Virus record (IMG/VR): IMGVR_UViG_3300031998_000017
Span: 70,902 to 134,901 of that record
DNA length: 64,000 bases
Source of the DNA: a virus
Lineage: Duplodnaviria > Caudoviricetes
Reading direction: 5' to 3' (one strand)
Numbering within the stretch: the first letter of the stretch is position 1; each line of letters begins with the position of its first letter. The notes below the pieces were generated by a model. That model had not been told where the DNA came from. It searched no databases and saw only the letters and a program-made list of their open reading frames with translations. The translations under genes and the position numbers were made by a program. Of this stretch, positions 34,925 to 44,600 are shown one piece after another.

Positions 34925-36830
34925 TGTATAATCCCCCTTCTGCGCTATGTTCTCTAATGAATTCTTTTCTTGGAACTACTTTTGTTCCCATTAAATCATC
35001 AAATAATTCATCAGCAGCTTCTACATCTTCAACTGTAATTTGTTTTATAATTCTATTATTAGGGTCTGTAAGCGTTTCTTCAGTTTCGTCAACTGACATT
35101 TCACCAAGACCTTTCATACGATTTACTTGTATTTTTTTATCGCCTATTGTTTTCTTAAATGCTTCAAGTTCTTCATCATTTTTTATATATTTATATTCTT
35201 TTCCTATTGTTACTTTATATAGAGGTGGAACACCTGCATATATATATCCATCTTGAATTAATTGTGGACAGAAATTCCATATAAATGTATAGAATAAGTT
35301 CTTGATATGCGCACCGTCAACATCGGCATCTGATTCAATTATTATTTTACCATATCTTAAACTATTTTTGTCGTATGTAACTTTCATAGTTTTAGGGTCG
35401 ATATATAACCCAAAAGCATCAATCATTGTCATTATCTCAGCGTTCTTTTGGATTTGTGCCAATGTTGCTTTTTGACAGTTAAGTATCTTACCACGAACAG
35501 GCATTACCGCCTGGAATTCGTTATTACGAGCTGATTTTAAGTTTCCACTCGCAGAATCACCCTCTGTGATATAGATTTCACATTGACTTCTGTCTTTTGA
35601 ATAACAGTCTGCTAATTTACTATCAAATTTTAATGCTTTTTCTTTTTTCTTATTATTTTCTCTTACTCTTTCTCTTGCGTTTTTAGCTGCTTCGCGCGCT
35701 TTTCTAGCGGCTATTGCTTTATCAAATATAATTTTTATTTCTTTTTCATTATTAGTGAACCATACTTGTAGGGCATCTGCTAATGTTTGAGAGAAAGGAG
35801 TCATGTCTATTTTAGTTACGGTTGATTTAACTTGCGCATCATATCCAATATTAGGGGCTGTAATATTAAATACTATATACATTCCCTCTTGGATATCATC
35901 ACCAGTTAGATTTTCATCTTTATCTTTTAACCATTTTCTGTCTTTAAAGAATTTATTAAATTCACGAGTAATAACTGTTTTTACTTGTGTAATATGAGGG
36001 CCTTTCTCTGTAAGACCTGTGTTTACATATGGAACTAAACTTAAAGAATAATTAGATGTATATGTTAATACCATATCCATTTTATTTTTTCCTTCAGCAA
36101 AGTTCATATTAAATCTATTAGTTAATATTTCTTTATCTTTGACAGCAGTGTCAACTAAATCATTTAATCCATGCTCAGAAATATATGTGTCTGTTTTTCC
36201 ATTTATTACTAAGTTTATCTTTAATCCTGGACATAAGCATACAATAGTATTTAATAATTCTTTTATTTTTGGTTCTTCAATAGAGGTATGTGTAAAGAAT
36301 TCTTCACTTGGAGTCCATCTAACTTCAGTTCCTGTTGGGGCAGTAGAAGTTCCTGTTTCTCTCTTATCAAAAATACCTTCTTTAAAGTTGACAGTTTCAA
36401 ACTTTTTATCTCTAAATGTTGTTACTGATAATGTATGCGATAAGAAAGTTGTAATCTTCGAACCAATACCAAAAGAACCTAGTGATGTTCCTTCATATGT
36501 TCCATCTTCTCTATATTTACCAGATGTATTAAGAACACTGAATGCAGCTTCTAGGACTGTTTTACCATCTTCTCTTATTTCATTTACAAGGAAACCTTGA
36601 CCATAGTCACGAACTGATATGTTTGTATTTTTGTCTTCGTTGTTAATTACTATATCAATAGCATTACCATGACCTAGGCGGAATTCATCAACTGCATTGG
36701 AAATTATCTCTACTAGTAGCTGAGTACTGTAGGTTGTATCTCCAGCATAAACTCCTGGTCTAAGACGAGTAAACTCAAGAGGACTTAATGATTCAATCGA
36801 GTCTTTGTTATAAAGTTTTTTGTCGTCCAT
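34914..36830 (-). CDS. gyrB: Type IIA topoisomerase subunit B
   Basis: RLRPGVY, EIISNAVDE, EGDSA, PVRGKILN, DADVDGAHI, KGLGEM. Confidence 0.93.
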   Translation of the reverse strand: MDDKKLYNKDSIESLSPLEFTRLRPGVYAGDTTYSTQLLVEIISNAVDEFRLGHGNAIDIVINNEDKNTNISVRDYGQGFLVNEIREDGKTVLEAAFSVLNTSGKYREDGTYEGTSLGSFGIGSKITTFLSHTLSVTTFRDKKFETVNFKEGIFDKRETGTSTAPTGTEVRWTPSEEFFTHTSIEEPKIKELLNTIVCLCPGLKINLVINGKTDTYISEHGLNDLVDTAVKDKEILTNRFNMNFAEGKNKMDMVLTYTSNYSLSLVPYVNTGLTEKGPHITQVKTVITREFNKFFKDRKWLKDKDENLTGDDIQEGMYIVFNITAPNIGYDAQVKSTVTKIDMTPFSQTLADALQVWFTNNEKEIKIIFDKAIAARKAREAAKNARERVRENNKKKEKALKFDSKLADCYSKDRSQCEIYITEGDSASGNLKSARNNEFQAVMPVRGKILNCQKATLAQIQKNAEIMTMIDAFGLYIDPKTMKVTYDKNSLRYGKIIIESDADVDGAHIKNLFYTFIWNFCPQLIQDGYIYAGVPPLYKVTIGKEYKYIKNDEELEAFKKTIGDKKIQVNRMKGLGEMSVDETEETLTDPNNRIIKQITVEDVEAADELFDDLMGTKVVPRKEFIREHSAEGGLYNAE

Positions 36831-36878
36831 ATTTTTCTCCTTTCATAATTTTACTCTTATATTATAACACAATTTTTT

Positions 36879-37403
36879 CTATAAGTCAATATTTGTTATT
36901 TCTGTGGACTTCATATTGTTTTGCAATAAAATTTTTTCTAATTTTGCTCGGTCATTCGTTGCTAAAGCGTCCGCAATTTCATTTCCTATTATACCATTGT
37001 GTCCAGAAGTTTTTTCTACAATAAAATTTGGATAGTTAATAGTTTTATATCTCCATATTTGTAATACTAAATCTGCGTTTTCTATTGGTTTACCGCCTAC
37101 ACGAGTCCAATTGTTGCGGCTCCATTTCTCCATCCAATCATTATACATATTAACACAATAGGCAGAGTCACTTTTAATTCGACATATGTCATATGCATAT
37201 GTAGTTTGCGCTAATTCAAGAGCATATAATAATGCAGATAATTCCATTTGATTATTTGTTACTCCTCTTCCTCGTTTTGAATAAAACATTAGAGGGCGCA
37301 ATGTATTATCTTTTTCTATATTAAATACTGCTACACCAAATCCGCCTTGGCTATTTTCAGAGCCATTATTTTTTGCGCTACCATCAGTATATATTTCAAT
37401 CAT
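36879..37403 (-). CDS. rnhA: Ribonuclease HI
   Basis: IYTDGS, TNNQMEL, SDSAY, IENADL, GHNG..GNEIADALA. Confidence 0.92.
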   Translation of the reverse strand: MIEIYTDGSAKNNGSENSQGGFGVAVFNIEKDNTLRPLMFYSKRGRGVTNNQMELSALLYALELAQTTYAYDICRIKSDSAYCVNMYNDWMEKWSRNNWTRVGGKPIENADLVLQIWRYKTINYPNFIVEKTSGHNGIIGNEIADALATNDRAKLEKILLQNNMKSTEITNIDL

Positions 37404-37435
37404 TTTCGTCATCTCCAATCTAAAAAACAAAGTAA

Positions 37436-37876
37436 TTATTCATTACTTTGTTTCTTTTCTTCTCTTTCCTTTATAATTTTAGGTCTGTTTTCAAAATCAT
37501 CTAGTAATTTTTTAGTTAATGAAGAAACTACTTTCTTAAAATATTCCTTTTCATCTTCTAAAATATAAATATTCTTTTCTAATACTTTTATTCCAGAGTT
37601 ATTTTCTTTGTAATATTTTTTATTTTTTATTTCATAAGCAATATTCTTTAATACTTTTAATTGATTATTAATAACTTTAATTTTCATTTTAGCATACTTG
37701 ATTGTAGCTCTTTCTTCAGCATATCTACATCCTGCGTAACGAGAAGCAATTTCCGCATCTTCAGGGTGTAATCTTGCTTTGCCTTCAAAAGCGCCTAAAT
37801 CAGTAAGAATTGTTGCTTTAGAAACACCAGTATTTTCATCATATTCAGAACTAATTGTAGTTATTTGAACCTTCAT
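37436..37876 (-). CDS. Hypothetical protein
   Basis: Operon-embedded ORF. Confidence 0.65.
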   Translation of the reverse strand: MKVQITTISSEYDENTGVSKATILTDLGAFEGKARLHPEDAEIASRYAGCRYAEERATIKYAKMKIKVINNQLKVLKNIAYEIKNKKYYKENNSGIKVLEKNIYILEDEKEYFKKVVSSLTKKLLDDFENRPKIIKEREEKKQSNE

Positions 37877-38429
37877 TAGTAAGTTCCTCCTTTTTATTTC
37901 TTATATCATTTAATATGTCATCAAGAGCTACAGGTCTATTACCTTGAGCTTCAGGATTAACATTGTATATATATGGATTATTTGGGAATAAGAATTTATT
38001 TCCGCTATGTAGATGTCCATGTAAACATATTAAATGTTCAGATAGAGGTTTTCCATCTTCGCAAGCAGTTAAAGTTGGATAATGACATAACCAAAAGTAA
38101 TGTTTACCAACCTTTAATTCCTTAACTTGCGCAACCTCTACTACATTTGAGCATTGTTTAAATAGTTCTACTCTTGTTTTAGTATCATGATTACCAGTTA
38201 TTATATGTATTTTACCATTTAATTTAGATAATAAATCTAATCCGTGTTCATTGTCTAGCAAAAACACATCTCCTAAATGATATACTTCATCATCTGGCGC
38301 AATTAATTCATTCCATAATGAAAATAATAATTCATCATGGTCTTCTATATTAGTCAAACCGCGCGCTGTAAACATAAAATCTCTATCATGACCAAAATGT
38401 GTATCACTTGTAAACCATATTTTACTCAT
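37851..38429 (-). CDS. Metallophosphoesterase
   Basis: FTSDTHFGH, HLGD, GNHD, CHYP, LHGHLH; start at MSKIW. Confidence 0.9.
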   Translation of the reverse strand: MSKIWFTSDTHFGHDRDFMFTARGLTNIEDHDELLFSLWNELIAPDDEVYHLGDVFLLDNEHGLDLLSKLNGKIHIITGNHDTKTRVELFKQCSNVVEVAQVKELKVGKHYFWLCHYPTLTACEDGKPLSEHLICLHGHLHSGNKFLFPNNPYIYNVNPEAQGNRPVALDDILNDIRNKKEELTNEGSNNYN

Positions 38430-38784
38430 TATTATCAACTCCCTCTTGTCTTGGTCTATGTGGACAATCAAATGAATAATTTGAATTCCAACATCTACCA
38501 TCTCTATTAAATTTGCATTTCTCATTCGAGCACACAATTAAGTTATTGAGAGTATCCCTGTTGCCATCTTTAAATCTGCCTAAGTTAAATTCATCTAAGA
38601 AATCTTCATAAGTATATGTATCATTATCTTTAATTTCAACATGATTAACTTCTTCTTTACAATATATACAATATAATCTTTTGAGATGTCCTGATTCTCG
38701 CTCTTGTCCTTTTTTTCTTTGAACAGGGATACCTTCCTTTCCACATTGTGTGCAATAGAAATGGCTAGCCATATATTTAGCCAT
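38422..38784 (-). CDS. Cys-rich zinc-binding hypothetical protein
   Basis: CTQC...CIYC and further Cys cluster. Confidence 0.65.
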   Translation of the reverse strand: MAKYMASHFYCTQCGKEGIPVQRKKGQERESGHLKRLYCIYCKEEVNHVEIKDNDTYTYEDFLDEFNLGRFKDGNRDTLNNLIVCSNEKCKFNRDGRCWNSNYSFDCPHRPRQEGVDNNE

Positions 38785-38815
38785 CTTATCACCTCTTTCA
38801 CATTTTATATAATAA

Positions 38816-39418
38816 TTATAACAAATTTTTTAATTTTGTAAAACTATGAAATATAACATGTGTTCCTTTGACTCCTGCAGACTCGACTGTTGCTATTTTA
38901 TATTCTTTTAATTTATAAAACAAATTTCTGTAAGTTGTTCCAGAGATATCTGATTCTTGCCCTTCTTTATGAACACTTATATAGAAATCTGCGCAATTAT
39001 ATTTTTCAATTATATATTTTAATGCGGATAATTCGCTATCGCTTAATACCTCAAAGAATTCGGTTTCATTACCTCTTGATGTATCTATCGCCATTAAAAT
39101 TACTTCTTTGATTTTTTCTTTAATTTTTATTATTTTATTTTTATCATTTATAATTAAAGCAAAATTATTATTTAAGATTTCAAATACGCAATCATAATAT
39201 TTAGGGTTGATTTTAATTGATTGGTCGAAGAATAAACTTTTATCATTATTTTTACATATAGATACAAAATATCTAACATCTAGCGCAGTTAATCCACCAA
39301 ATTCTTCAAAAGTTAAATTATATAATTCATCTTCTGTGGGGATATAACATAGGAAACTATCTGTATACCATAATACTTCATGTCCATCATATAAGAAATT
39401 TTCTTTATCAAATAACAT
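38816..39418 (-). CDS. Protein with C-terminal CodY-like winged HTH
   Basis: LSDSELSALKYI...KLKEYKIATVESAGVKGTHVIF parallels CodY LSYSELEA...[20 protein letters not shown]. Confidence 0.65.
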   Translation of the reverse strand: MLFDKENFLYDGHEVLWYTDSFLCYIPTEDELYNLTFEEFGGLTALDVRYFVSICKNNDKSLFFDQSIKINPKYYDCVFEILNNNFALIINDKNKIIKIKEKIKEVILMAIDTSRGNETEFFEVLSDSELSALKYIIEKYNCADFYISVHKEGQESDISGTTYRNLFYKLKEYKIATVESAGVKGTHVIFHSFTKLKNLL

Positions 39419-39439
39419 ATTATCCCTCCTTTATACTAT

Positions 39440-39510
39440 TATTATATGATAATTTTTCTTAGAAGTCAAATAAAATTTGTTATTGATTTTTTATTAAAAT
39501 TATAATAAAA
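39440..39510. promoter_or_regulatory. Divergent sigma70-type promoters at the strand switch
   Basis: TTGACT-N17-TATAAT on - (39440-39469) and a TTGATT...TATAAT-type promoter on + (about 39483-39511). Confidence 0.7.
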
Positions 39511-39542
39511 TATAAATGTAAATAAAAAAGGAGTTGATAAAA

Positions 39543-40220
39543 ATGAACTATGATATAGAAAATCCAGATATAAAAGAAATATTAAATGCTTTAAGTTATT
39601 GTATTTTTGATGATGATTTAGATTATACTAATGATAGTTTTTATGATAATATAGTTAGTATATTTAAAGAGCATTATCATAAACCTTTTAAAGCAGATAA
39701 TGGTTGTTCAAAAGGGGTATTAATTTTTGAAAAATTAGGGTTTGTTATTAAAATACCTTTTAACTACTGTGATGGATATGAGTTATGCGCAGTTACTGAA
39801 GGAGACAGCGAATGGGACTATTGTAGTCAAGAAGCAAATAGATATAAGATGGCTGTTGATGCGGAGGTAGAAGAAGCATTCCTTCCTACATATTATCTTA
39901 CTTCTATTGATTGTTATCCTATTTATATTCAACCTTATGCAGAAATACTTGAAAATTTATCTTTTGAAAAATATAATGAAAAAAGTAATAATAGTTCAAA
40001 AGAGGATAGAGAAACATTAGAAGATTTTAATGATACTCAAGGTTTTTATCAACTTAATGTTGTTTGGGAAGGAGAGTTTTATACATTGCACGGAATTGAT
40101 TATTTTGTAAGGTTAAAAAATTTCTTTAAACAACATCATATAAGAGATTTAAGGACAGCTAATATAGGATATTATAATAATAAACCTGTATTGGTTGATT
40201 ATGCTAGTTTTGATGAATAG
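39543..40220 (+). CDS. Protein kinase-like fold protein
   Basis: GCSKGV, FVIKIP, DLRTANIG, VLVDYA match kinase subdomains I, II, VIb and VII. Confidence 0.65.
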   Translation: MNYDIENPDIKEILNALSYCIFDDDLDYTNDSFYDNIVSIFKEHYHKPFKADNGCSKGVLIFEKLGFVIKIPFNYCDGYELCAVTEGDSEWDYCSQEANRYKMAVDAEVEEAFLPTYYLTSIDCYPIYIQPYAEILENLSFEKYNEKSNNSSKEDRETLEDFNDTQGFYQLNVVWEGEFYTLHGIDYFVRLKNFFKQHHIRDLRTANIGYYNNKPVLVDYASFDE

Positions 40221-40232
40221 GAGGTAATACAA

Positions 40233-40472
40233 ATGTTCGGAGTTGGAGAAGTATTTAAAACAGGAAAATTAAGCACATTTGATTGTTTAATTCTTGACGA
40301 AATGGAAAGAAAACAAAAAGTGAATAAAATAATTAATGATTTAAAATATAAAATTAATACTAGTGGTATTATAAAAGGAAGTATTAATATATCTTTTGAT
40401 GACGAAGGATTGACAAAGGAAGATATAGATTACATAAAAAGAGAAATACAAAATTATTGTGCTAGATTATAA
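40233..40472 (+). CDS. Hypothetical protein
   Basis: GGAGG RBS. Confidence 0.6.
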   Translation: MFGVGEVFKTGKLSTFDCLILDEMERKQKVNKIINDLKYKINTSGIIKGSINISFDDEGLTKEDIDYIKREIQNYCARL

Positions 40473-40534
40473 CATGGTAATTTGACTTTTCTTCTTTTTT
40501 TTGATATAATAATATAAAAGGAGGAAAAGCGAAT

Positions 40535-41362
40535 ATGAAATATTGTTTACCTTATAATAAATATACTTATGATAATGATTTAATAAATGATGCAGATGAG
40601 TGGTCAATTGACTATAATCCAGAAGATAAAACATTATTGGCTTTTTTAGATAAATATAAAGATAAAAGAATTAATTTTCGTATATTAGATAAAATTGATA
40701 TAAAAGATACTTTAGGAATTAACTTTATAGTTGATTTACAAAAAGAATATCCAAATGTTTATATTCAAATTCCTTTATATAATAAGGAGATTGTTGAAAT
40801 ATTAAAAGAGCATGAAATTAAAAATTATTTCTTTAGTGATTATGTAAATAATATTGATTTATTTTATCTTTTAATAAATAGTGGTGTATCTGATATTTAT
40901 ATTGTAGAAGCGCTAGGATTTGAATTAGATAAATTATCATCAATAGCACACAAAAATAATGTAAGAATTAGAGTATTCCCAAACATTGCGCAAGCATTAA
41001 AAGCTGAAATACCTGATTTAAAGAAATTTTTTATTAGACCAGAAGATATTCAAGATTATGAAGATTTTGTTGATATATGTGAATTTTATTATGAAGATAA
41101 AAAATGCTTAAATTATTTTCATATATATAAAGATTTAAAAGAATGGTATGGTGACTTAGGAGAAATTATTAGCGGATTAAATATTAAGTTAGATAGTCGC
41201 TATATGTTACCAAGATTTGGTGAGATAAGAGCTAAATGTAGTAAAAAATGTTTCAAAGGTGGCAATTGCCATATATGTGAACTTATAGAAGAAACTGCAG
41301 GAACATTAGAAGAAAAAAGAATAATAATAGAAAAAATAAAGGAGGAAGAAAATAATGGCTAG
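40535..41362 (+). CDS. Hypothetical protein, possibly U32-family-related
   Basis: FFIRPEDI..YE motif and C-terminal Cys cluster; own promoter. Confidence 0.55.
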   Translation: MKYCLPYNKYTYDNDLINDADEWSIDYNPEDKTLLAFLDKYKDKRINFRILDKIDIKDTLGINFIVDLQKEYPNVYIQIPLYNKEIVEILKEHEIKNYFFSDYVNNIDLFYLLINSGVSDIYIVEALGFELDKLSSIAHKNNVRIRVFPNIAQALKAEIPDLKKFFIRPEDIQDYEDFVDICEFYYEDKKCLNYFHIYKDLKEWYGDLGEIISGLNIKLDSRYMLPRFGEIRAKCSKKCFKGGNCHICELIEETAGTLEEKRIIIEKIKEEENNG

Positions 41363-41657
41363 AGGCGCAATATCAAAAGAAGAAGCTACTAAAAGAATAT
41401 TAGAGGCATTTCCAGGTAGTTTTGTATACGACAAAGAAATTAGAATACCTTTTGTTGAAGAAGGAGAAAACATACAATTAAAATGTGCGCTTACTTGTGC
41501 TAAAGTAAATGTTGAAGTTGGAGGAGAGAATGCAATCCCTGGGGAAGAAGCTCCAGTAGCAAACATTTCCGCAACTGCGCAACCTGTTGCAAAAACAGAA
41601 GTAAGTGCTGAAGAAAAAGATAATTTAAAAAGAATGATGGAAGCACTAGGAATATAG
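41355..41657 (+). CDS. Hypothetical protein
   Basis: GGAGG RBS, coupled ORF. Confidence 0.7.
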   Translation: MARGAISKEEATKRILEAFPGSFVYDKEIRIPFVEEGENIQLKCALTCAKVNVEVGGENAIPGEEAPVANISATAQPVAKTEVSAEEKDNLKRMMEALGI

Positions 41658-41674
41658 TGAGATAGGAGGATTGA

Positions 41675-42357
41675 ATGAAAAATTTTTGTATTAAAGTTAG
41701 TTTATTGCTCATAATTATTTTACTTAGTTGCAACTTAGTATTTTATTTTTTTAAAGTTCCTGAATTAAGGGATAAAATATCAAAATCAAAGGCGGATTAT
41801 ACTGAATTATATCAAACTAATGAAGAATGCCAGTTTGGTTATACGCAGACATTACAAGAAAAACAAGAATTAGAGAATCAAATTGCAACTCATAAAGCAA
41901 CAATAGAAGAAAAAGATAAGGCTATTGCTGATAAAGATGCGCAGATTAAAAAACTTAATCAGGAGATAACTAACTTAAAAAAATAAAAGCTAGCTCTACA
42001 TCCAGCAGCGGGAACTATAGATTAACAAGTTTTTGGCCCGGGGAAGGAAATCCTTGCGTAGGAGCTAGCGGTTTATGTGCTGGTAATTTCCAACTTAATG
42101 ATAAAGGGTGGTATACATATAAAGGTAAATTAGTTGTTGCAACCGCCACGACATATTTATTAAATCAAGGTTGGAGTAAAGTCAATGGTATTATATACCA
42201 TAAATATTATGATGAAATACAAATAACTATTAATGGAACTACTTATGATGCTATTGTTTTAGACTCTTGCGGAGCTTGCATGAAGAAGAACATCATTGAT
42301 TTATATGTAAAAGATGGAGCTCATAGTATTACAACACAGATAACAGTAAAGCAATAA
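41675..42357 (+). CDS. Membrane-anchored coiled-coil protein extended by a -1 frameshift into a 3D-domain-like (cell-wall glycosidase) module
   Basis: 0-frame ends A AAA AAA TAA (41977-41986); -1 frame is open to TAA 42355-42357 with no early ATG and encodes YRLTSF...VLDSCGA...IDLYV. Confidence 0.7.
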
Positions 42358-42434
42358 TAGAGTTTTACTGTTTTTTGATTTTTAATAAAAAATATTATAT
42401 AATTATAATATAAATAAGAGGAGGGTATATTTAT

Positions 42435-42620
42435 ATGGAGAATAAGAAGAAAGATGGTCAAGGTGTTAAAAAACCTGATTTAAAAATCATAGATTATATT
42501 GATGATAGAGGGGATAGAAGAAGAACTTACACCACTAGCGAAATCGTTGAAAGATACATCAAAAATACTTATTCTATTGTAAAAAATAACCCTCAATCTG
42601 ACAATAATTTGACACCATAA
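42435..42620 (+). CDS. Hypothetical protein
   Basis: Promoter and GAGGAGG RBS. Confidence 0.6.
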   Translation: MENKKKDGQGVKKPDLKIIDYIDDRGDRRRTYTTSEIVERYIKNTYSIVKNNPQSDNNLTP

Positions 42621-42682
42621 AAAATTTATGGTATGATATAATGTGGAGATATATTAGATGATTTTTTAAAGGAGGTCTTAGT

Positions 42683-43078
42683 ATGTTAGATTTAGATACA
42701 ATTTTTGACAATAGTTTATTCCCTTTTGATTGGGATAAAAAAACTTATAAGTTTGATAGAGAAGAAAAAGATATGCACCCTTATTCTTCAATAGACAATG
42801 AAAAAGCAAGAATTCTTATTCACAATATCTTAGGTATTGATAAAGAGGATTTAAAAATGTCTACTGAAAGAGTTAATGGTATTGCGCGCATTACTATTAG
42901 TGGGACAACAAAAGATATGGTAGGTAAAGAACGTTCAATCAATTCTACTATTTCTTTAAATGATAATAACTTAGATTTAACTAAAATTAAAGCAGTTGCT
43001 AAAAATGGTTTGTTATATATAACAATTCCTAAAAAAACAGCAATTAAAGAAACTAAAAAGGATATTACAATAGAGTAA
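42683..43078 (+). CDS. Small heat shock protein (Hsp20 family)
   Basis: IKAVAKNGLLYITIPK and C-terminal ITIE alpha-crystallin motifs. Confidence 0.85.
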   Translation: MLDLDTIFDNSLFPFDWDKKTYKFDREEKDMHPYSSIDNEKARILIHNILGIDKEDLKMSTERVNGIARITISGTTKDMVGKERSINSTISLNDNNLDLTKIKAVAKNGLLYITIPKKTAIKETKKDITIE

Positions 43079-43126
43079 TCTAATAAACATATTGTTTATT
43101 AATCTAATATATCTCCATTATATATA

Positions 43127-43206
43127 GTTCCGGTGGTGAAGAGGCTCAACACGCTAGTCTGCAAAACTAGTATATATCGTCAGTTCAAATCTGACTCGGA
43201 ACTCCA
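43127..43206 (+). tRNA. tRNA-Cys(GCA)
   Basis: Cloverleaf, CTAGT-CTGCAAA-ACTAG, encoded CCA. Confidence 0.88.
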
Positions 43207-43209
43207 TAT

Positions 43210-43277
43210 GCCGACGAGAATAATAGTCCTAGGTTTTTAAAAACTAAGCAGGTGCAATTCCTGCCCGTTCGGCTCCA
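43210..43277 (+). ncRNA. Degenerate tRNA-like element, possible UUA anticodon
   Basis: Acceptor-like GCCGA/TCGGC + TCCA, T arm GCAGG-TGCAATT-CCTGC, poor D arm. Confidence 0.5.
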
Positions 43278-43346
43278 TGCTAGCACGAGTAAGCCTTCCC
43301 GTGGCGCTAGTGATTTCGACTAATTACTCAAAGTGTTTATATTTAA

Positions 43347-43404
43347 GAGAAGTAGACAGCAAAAAGACTGTATCTAATATAATCTAAATGTGAACCGCTT
43401 CTTG
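43347..43404 (+). ncRNA. CAGCAA stem element E1
   Basis: GAGAAGT/GCTTCTT stem with ACAGCAA at 43356. Confidence 0.55.
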
Positions 43405-43764
43405 TATCTTATAAAAAAGTAAGAGAAGTAAATGCTTATATTTTGATAGTTCGCTATTGAATTTTTGCATATATCTAATACAGTTAAGTGTTTCACACTT
43501 TCGATAGGTATAGCTTCCTCAATTAAGTTATATCCTAGAAAATGGTCTGTGGCAGGTATGTTAAATGTGGGGTTCGGGATTTTCCTATTATATAAACCTT
43601 TATTATCTTATGGTTATAAGAATAAATATATACGCGCGGACCGGTACCGGATGAAATACTCTCGGTATGGATTCTAGGGCCGGAAGCCGCAAAATCTTAT
43701 ATTGATTTTTTTAAAAAATTATTATATAATATAAGTGTAATAAATGAAAGAGGTGTAATTAAAT

Positions 43765-43965
43765 ATGGCAAAGAAAAGAAAAGGGAAGTCAGGTAATGGT
43801 GAAGGTCATTTCATAATTACACAAGCTAACCTAGACAAAAAAGGTAAAACTAATAAGAAATTAAAAAGAAATCCTCTAGCATTAAAATATCTATCTATTA
43901 AAGGTAGAGAATTAAAAGATGCTGGGGAAGCTTGGTATAAGGAGCATTGTAAAAAAGCCTCATAA
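43765..43965 (+). CDS. Small basic hypothetical protein
   Basis: Promoter and GAGG RBS. Confidence 0.6.
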   Translation: MAKKRKGKSGNGEGHFIITQANLDKKGKTNKKLKRNPLALKYLSIKGRELKDAGEAWYKEHCKKAS

Positions 43966-43980
43966 TAGGAGGTGAGCGCA

Positions 43981-44163
43981 ATGGCTCTAAATAAAGCAAT
44001 AGAACATGGGAAGGAACATAGAAAACCTTATAAAGGTGCTAAAGCCGTGGATAACTCATGTTGCAACCATGGCTCTTGTCCGTGGTGTTTAGGAAATAGA
44101 ACAAACAAAGAGAAAAATAAGGACAAGGTTGCCAAAAAAGAAATTAAAGATTTTTATAAATAA
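43981..44163 (+). CDS. Small Cys/His-containing hypothetical protein
   Basis: GGAGG RBS; GKEHRKPY...CCNHGSCPWC. Confidence 0.65.
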   Translation: MALNKAIEHGKEHRKPYKGAKAVDNSCCNHGSCPWCLGNRTNKEKNKDKVAKKEIKDFYK

Positions 44164-44239
44164 TTACAAGGAGTTTTTAATACTGATGCCAGTGCGGACG
44201 GTTCTCCTTTATCAAAAACTCATAAGCTGGCTTATATAT

Positions 44240-44312
44240 CGCGGTGTAGTGTAACAGCAGCATACCGGGCTCATAACCCGGAGGACTTGTGCAAATCAAG
44301 CGTCCGCAACCA
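44240..44312 (+). tRNA. tRNA-fMet(CAT)
   Basis: C1:A72 mismatch, three G-C pairs in anticodon stem, CTCATAA loop, CCA. Confidence 0.85.
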
Positions 44313-44423
44313 AGTTGATAATATTTTCATAATACTATTATATAAATGTTGGTGCTACTATGAGTAGGTAAATAAGCTGGGTTAAGGTATTCAGTTATCG
44401 CTCCAGACCAGCCAACAACATAT

Positions 44424-44498
44424 TCCAGAGTAGCCAAGCGGTAAGGCACGAGACTTTGACTCTCGCATGCGCTAGTTCGAATCTAGCTTCTGGAACCA
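44424..44498 (+). tRNA. tRNA-Gln(TTG)
   Basis: Cloverleaf, CTTTGAC loop, CCA. Confidence 0.92.
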
Positions 44499-44600
44499 TT
44501 TGTTAATATGGGGATACTGCGGTGGTGATGTTCTAACCCCTTTAAAAAAGTAACATAAAACCAGTCCATGGGCTCGGATGCATAATATGAGCCTCCATTT

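Noticed and set aside
14624-36830. Bacterial chromosome segment (dnaE, ligA, gyrAB, gmk)
   Set aside because: Gene order, Sak4/SSB, phage-type primase-helicase, dense hypothetical genes, tRNA array and absence of rRNA or ribosomal protein genes indicate a large phage.
32676-37024. Plus-strand ORFs antisense to gyrA/gyrB (and similar ones opposite dnaE, nrdD, recJ and the vWA gene)
   Set aside because: Shadow ORFs fully overlapping well-supported genes, with no RBS or recognisable motifs.
43754-44168. Third UTR-UTR helix (TGTAATTA/TAATTACA) around two small ORFs
   Set aside because: Only 8 AT-rich bp; expected by chance.
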